Source: the human T2T-CHM13v2.0 reference genome, Homo sapiens. Taken from it: DNA of 64,000 nucleotides. Where the stretch lies: the NCBI RefSeq assembly GCF_009914755.1, contig NC_060929.1; one strand, 5' to 3'. This document shows, in pieces, positions 58,668 to 64,000 of this stretch. How positions within the stretch are numbered: position 1 is the stretch's first letter; each line of letters starts with the position of its first letter. The notes beneath the pieces were generated by a model that was not told the DNA's origin, did no database searches, and worked only from the letters and a program-made list of their open reading frames with translations. Both the position numbers and the translations under genes were made by a program.

Positions 58668-61046
58668 TCTGTGGGTTTCTCTGTGCATGTGATGCTATTT
58701 GATAGCATTTTACCCACAGTAAAACTTCTTTCAATATTGGAGTCAATTCTCTCAAACCTTGCTGCTGCTTTATCAACTTAGTTTATAAATTTAATATTCT
58801 CAACATTTTCTGTCATCTCAACATTGTTCAAAGCATCTTCACCAGGAGTAGATTCTAGCTCAAGAAATCAGTTTATTTGCTCATCCGTTGAAAGCAATTC
58901 CTATTTATTAAAGCTTTATCACAAGATTGCAGCAATTCAGTCACATTTTCAGGCCCCACTTCTAATGTTGGCTCTCTTGCAATTGTCATCACGTCTGCAG
59001 TTACTTTCTCCATGGAAGTATTGAATCCCTCAAAATCGTCCATGAGGTTGGGAATTGACATCTTCCACACTGCTGTTAATGTTGATATTTTGACCTACTT
59101 CCAAAAAACACAAATGTTCTTAAGAGCATCTTGCTTGGAAAATCTTTTGCACAAGTTTTTATATTACTTTGTTGAGATCCAACAAAGGAATCACTATCTA
59201 TGAAACTATAGCCTTATGTGAGATATTTCTTAAATAATAAGACTTTGAAGTCGAGAATACTCTTTGGTCTTTGGGCTACAGAATGGATGCTGTCTTAGCA
59301 GACATGAAAATAACATTAATCTATTGCTACATTTCCATCAGAGTTCTTGAGTGACCAGGTACATTGTCAATGAGCAGTAATATTTTGAAATAAATCTTTT
59401 TTTTTTTCTGAGCAGTGGGTCTCAACAGTGAGTCTAAAATATTAGGTGAACTGTGTTATAAACAATCATGCTATCACTCAGATTTTGTTGTTCCATTTAG
59501 GGCACAGGCAGAGTAGATTTAGCATAATTCTTAAGAACCCTAGAATTTTTGGAATGGTAAATGAGTGTTGGTTTCAACTTATCACCAGCTGCATTAGGCT
59601 CTAAGAGAGACAGCCTGTCCTTCGAACTTTGAAGCCAAGCATTGACTTCTATGTAGTTAAAAAAGTTGTAGATGGGATCTTCCTCCAGTAGTAGGCTGTT
59701 TTGTTTACACTGAAAATATATTGTTTAGTGTAACCACCTTCATCAATGATCTTAGCTAGATCTTCTGGATAACTTGCTGCAGCTTTGATATCAGCACTTG
59801 CTGCTTCACCTTGCATTTTATGTTATGGAGATGACTTATTCCTTAAACCTCATGAACCAACCTCTGTTAGATTCCAACTTTTCTGCAGCTTCCTAACCTC
59901 TCACAGAACTGAAGAGCATTAGGGTCTTGCTCTGGATTAGGTATTCATCCAAGGGAATGTTGTGGCTGGTTTTATCTTCTTTTCAGACCACTCAAACTTC
60001 CTCCCTATCAGCAGTAAAGCTGTTTCACTTTATTTTCATTCATGTATTCACTGAAGTAGATCTTTTAATATGCTTTAAGGAAATTTTCTTTTGAATTCAC
60101 AATTTAGAAAACTGATGCAGGGCCCTAGGTTTCAACTATTTCAACTTTCAACAGGCCTTTCTCATTAAGCTTAACCATTTCTAGCTTTTCATTTAAGGTG
60201 TGAGATGTGGTAGTCTTCCTTTCACTTGAACATTTAGAGGTTATTGTAGGGTTATTAATTGGCCTCATTTCAATATTTTTGTGTATCAGGTAATAGGGTT
60301 GCTCAAGGAAAAGGAGTGAGATAGAAACAGCTGATTGGTGGAGCAGTCAGAATGACGCACAACATTGATCTAAATGTGACACCTTATATGGGTGCTGTGT
60401 TCGTCTGTTTTTATGCTGCTATGAAGAAATACTCAAGACTGGGTAATTTATAAAGGAAAGAAGTTTAATTGACTCACAATTCTGGATGGCTGGGGAGGCC
60501 TCATGAAACTTACAATCATGGCAGAAGGGGAAGCAAATGCTTCCTTCTTCACATGTTGGCAAGAGAGAGAAGTGCCAGCAAGGGAAATGCCAGATGCTTA
60601 TAAAACCATCAACTCTTGTGTGACTCACTCACTATCATGAGAACAGCATGACAGAACCACCTCCATGATCTAACCATCTCCCACGAGGTCCCTCCCCCAA
60701 CATGTGGGGATTACAATTGGATTGCAATTCTGGATGAGATTTGGGTGGGGACACAGAGTCAGACCATAACAGGTGCACTTCATGGCACCACAAAACAATT
60801 ACAATAGTAGCAACAAAAATCACTGATCACAGATTACCATCAACAGATATAATAATAATGAAGACATTAAAAGTAATTTTTGAATTACCAAAATATGACA
60901 CAGAGATATACAATGAGCCCATGATGTTGGAAATATGGTGCTGATAGGCCTGCTCAATGCAAGGTTGCCACAAACGTTCAATTTGTAAATAATGCAGTAT
61001 CTGCAAAGTACAATAAAGCAAAGCACCATAAAATGAAGTATCCCTG
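58668..61046 (-). mobile_element. Tigger1 DNA transposon, decayed transposase, 3' end missing, interrupted by THE1D
   Basis: 5' TIR region ends tccctg|TA at 61046; ORF 58873-59070 (LMDDFEGF..EKVTADV..IARE..EV.PE.VTELLQS) matches Tigger1 transposase; many stops and frameshifts. Confidence 0.92.
60396..60771 (-). mobile_element. THE1D-like solo LTR inserted in Tigger1
   Basis: gagatttgggtggggacacagag, gactgggtaatttataaaggaaag; 5-bp TSD GGTGC at 60391-60395 and 60772-60776. Confidence 0.9.
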
Positions 61047-61116
61047 TAATAGCAGTTACACACTTATAATTCTGGAATTCTATGTATATAATCTCATTGA
61101 TTAATTAATTCTTATA

Positions 61117-61157
61117 TTAGCTTGGTGCAAATTGCAATTACTTTTGCACCAAGCTAA
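61117..61157. mobile_element. Internally deleted MADE1 (Hsmar1 MITE)
   Basis: TA|ttagcttggtgcaaa...gcaattacttttgcaccaagctaa|TA. Confidence 0.85.
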
Positions 61158-62692
61158 TAACAATGATATAGTTTGCATTGTTTCTGTATGATTGATGAGA
61201 ACTCTCAGCATCTTTTCCGTGCATTTCCTACCTGAAGAAGAAAAAGTTGCAATGATAGAAGTAATCTTTTACTTCCACTTCTCAGACTGAGCTGGTAAAG
61301 TTATCAAAATGTGTTGCTTTGCTTTGATTTTGGTGGGATTATTCCTATCTCACTCCTTTTCTTTGAGTGAGGTGGGAATACTGCTTGGTCTGTTTCCTCT
61401 TCCTTATTGCGCCTACTCATGCATCTTTCTTCCACTCAAAAGCAAAACTTAAAACGTGCAAAAACAGAAATCTATAGAGAAGCATTCTATCTTTTCTCAT
61501 TTAAGTTGACATATTACAGCATTCAAGTAGCATAATATAATCATGAGCATTTATCAAAAAAATCTACCTTGGACCTTTTTAAAGTATATGTGAATTCTTT
61601 TGAATTTATATCCACCACTATGAATACAATAATGAAAATATAATATTACCTAATCTTTATTAAGAATGTGTAACACCAGGCACTGTGTTATGCACATTAT
61701 ATATATTATTGTGATTGTTCCTTGCATAAAATCAATCAAACAATAATACCTAAAAATTATTCAGTTATAATATTCTAAGTATTGTGCCAGGTATAAGCCA
61801 TATGTTTTTTGTCAAAGTAAATATTTAGGGATAAGGATATGGGATTTTACATGCCAAGAATCGAGGAAAATTCATTTGAATATTTCTAAGACAATTGTAA
61901 AAATACAAACAATAACAAAATAAATGTTAGTTTTAATAATTCAATTTCACTGAAAATTTTAATCTAATTAAACATAGATTTAGCACATATCCTCTTTTAT
62001 TGTTTAGCACTATCTCTAAAATTAATTTATAAGATTTAGTTGACATAAATGATGACTGAAGTCTTGGCACAGTTTCATTTTAGACTTTAGAATTGGACAA
62101 TCAATTTTTTAAATGGATATAATTTTATCAAATATATTAACCACAAACATGAATTTATGTGTGTATCATTTTGACTCTTTTGAAGTTACTATTTTCAGTA
62201 ACTCAGGCACATACACATTCTTATCTACATATTCATGATATATCATATTATATGCCAATATATATATAATATGCACACAAAAATCTATGTGAATATATAT
62301 GATGAACTATAAACCCAGTGCAGTAAGAGTCTTTATTTTAGAGATAAAATAGGGGTAAGCCTTTATTGTCTTACTGTCTTAAAATGAATTTAACTGATAC
62401 ATTGAAATAAAATTAGAAGTAATATTTTAAAAGTTATATGCATCTTATTTTCATTTATTGAGCTAAATCTGAAATGATTTTCATTTCTTGAGTTAAATTT
62501 CGGGTGTCTTTTGAAAATAAGATTTACTAATAACAGATAGCCAACCTTTCACAGTGCACTGTATGAGTTCCAATATGAAGGAATACCTTAAGAATCTTTT
62601 AACTTAGTAAATGAGTAAAATTCAACATTATGAAAAGTGCACCAGCTTCTGAGTTCCAATATGAGGTGGTAGCTCTTAGGCAAACAAGAAAA

Positions 62693-62909
62693 GGACACAG
62701 AGAGGGGAACATCACACACTGAGGCCTGTCAGGAGGTCAGGGGCAAGGGAGGGAGAGCATTAGGACAGACATCTAATTCATGCAGGGCTTAAAACCTAGA
62801 TGATGGGTTGATGGGTGCAGCAAACCACCATGGCACATGTATACCTATGTACCAAACCTGCACGTTCTGCACATGTATCATAAAACTTAAAGTACAATAA
62901 TAAAAAAAA
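62693..62909 (+). mobile_element. L1PA7/8-like 3' end
   Basis: ggacacagagaggggaacatcacacact...gggcttaaaacctagatgatgggttgatgggtgcagcaaaccacc...A tail; TSD-like aagaaa(a)gga. Confidence 0.9.
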
Positions 62910-64000
62910 GGAAGAAAGGATGATCTGGGACATGAAAGTTGAAAAAAAAAGAAAAATTTGTTATTCCTTGAATAACATTACATTTTAAAAACAGTAAACC
63001 TAAGAATCTACTCACATTTAATTTTTTAGTGAACTCAATCATGTTATGAAAATGAAACGGGTGCTTTTCTTAGGTGTAAACAGTAAAGCTGTACTTTACT
63101 TAGCGGTAAAGAGAAGAGGTATATTTAAAATTAGTTTTGAGTCATGGTAGTTGAATATTGGGGTCTATATTAGAAGACTATAATCAGTGTCAGGAGATTT
63201 CGAATAAGGCTTAAAAAATATTTCTAAAATAAGAAGCTTAAATCATTTTTTATCCCTTAATATCAATAATTAAGAAGTTTGCCCAAACTCATTTATGTTG
63301 TAGAGTAACTGAAAAGTATTGGTTAAAATCATTTTCAATGTGTGACTTCCATCAAAGTCATAGAAAACTATACATATCAGATTCCTGGGGCAGTAGATGA
63401 AGGCAAGAGAGTTAATAGAAACTGTTTGAAGACACTGAAGTGCAATCTGAAGGTAGAAAAAACCTCTACGACTAGTTCTTTGCCCAATTGGTGATTTAAT
63501 TGGTGACAGAGTAGTGTCCTGCATAGCAAATATTTTAAAGTTACCCTATTTCTGATGAAATATGGAGAACTATTAAAGGGTTTTTTTTTCAGATCTTTAC
63601 TATGACAACTATTGTTGGAATTGCATAAAAAGTTTAAACCAAATCAATTTCTTTTATTCATTATTTTCATAATTTAGATTGAGGTTGGAATGTATAATTC
63701 AATTATATAGTTAATTGATGCCATGTAGACATGGATTAACCAAGCTTTAAGTGTTCTGAGATTGAATTATTTCAAAAAGTATTCATTGTACTTTCTGACT
63801 GGAATTTGAATTATTCCCTTCAGCCAGTAAAGTATAAGCAGTATCTTCGGACAACAACAGGGCATTAAAGAAAGAGTTCTGAGGATGGCCAATAAAAGAA
63901 ATCTCATTATCTTTAATCTGAATATGAATCAAACTTTAAAGTGTGGAAAAATAAATACAAATCAGTTAATAAAACATCCATAAGATACGTGTTTCAAGCT

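Overview
This is AT-rich primate genomic DNA, most likely human or great ape (it carries Alu S-family elements and an L1PA2 insertion). It is not prokaryotic, and I find no supportable protein-coding exon, RNA gene or CRISPR array. The first ~2 kb looks like the 5' end of a gene on the minus strand: a non-coding 146-nt exon (121-266) with strong splice signals, a CpG-enriched patch, two HNF1-like sites and an inverted pair of octamer motifs. The remaining ~62 kb is upstream/intronic sequence dominated by interspersed repeats (Alu, L1, L2, MIR, MaLR/ERVL LTRs, Tigger1/3, MER58, MER85, MADE1). Most notable: (1) a Tigger3b element carrying four nested insertions (an old L1PA 3' end, a piggyBac MER85 split by an Alu, and a ~500-bp polyadenylated non-TE insert that looks like a retroposed mRNA 3'UTR); (2) a twin-primed, inverted L1PA2; (3) a close tail-to-tail inverted Alu pair; (4) several small template-switch or hairpin scars. 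Subfamily calls come from remembered consensus sequences and need RepeatMasker/Dfam confirmation. The sequence alone does not support a new biological system.
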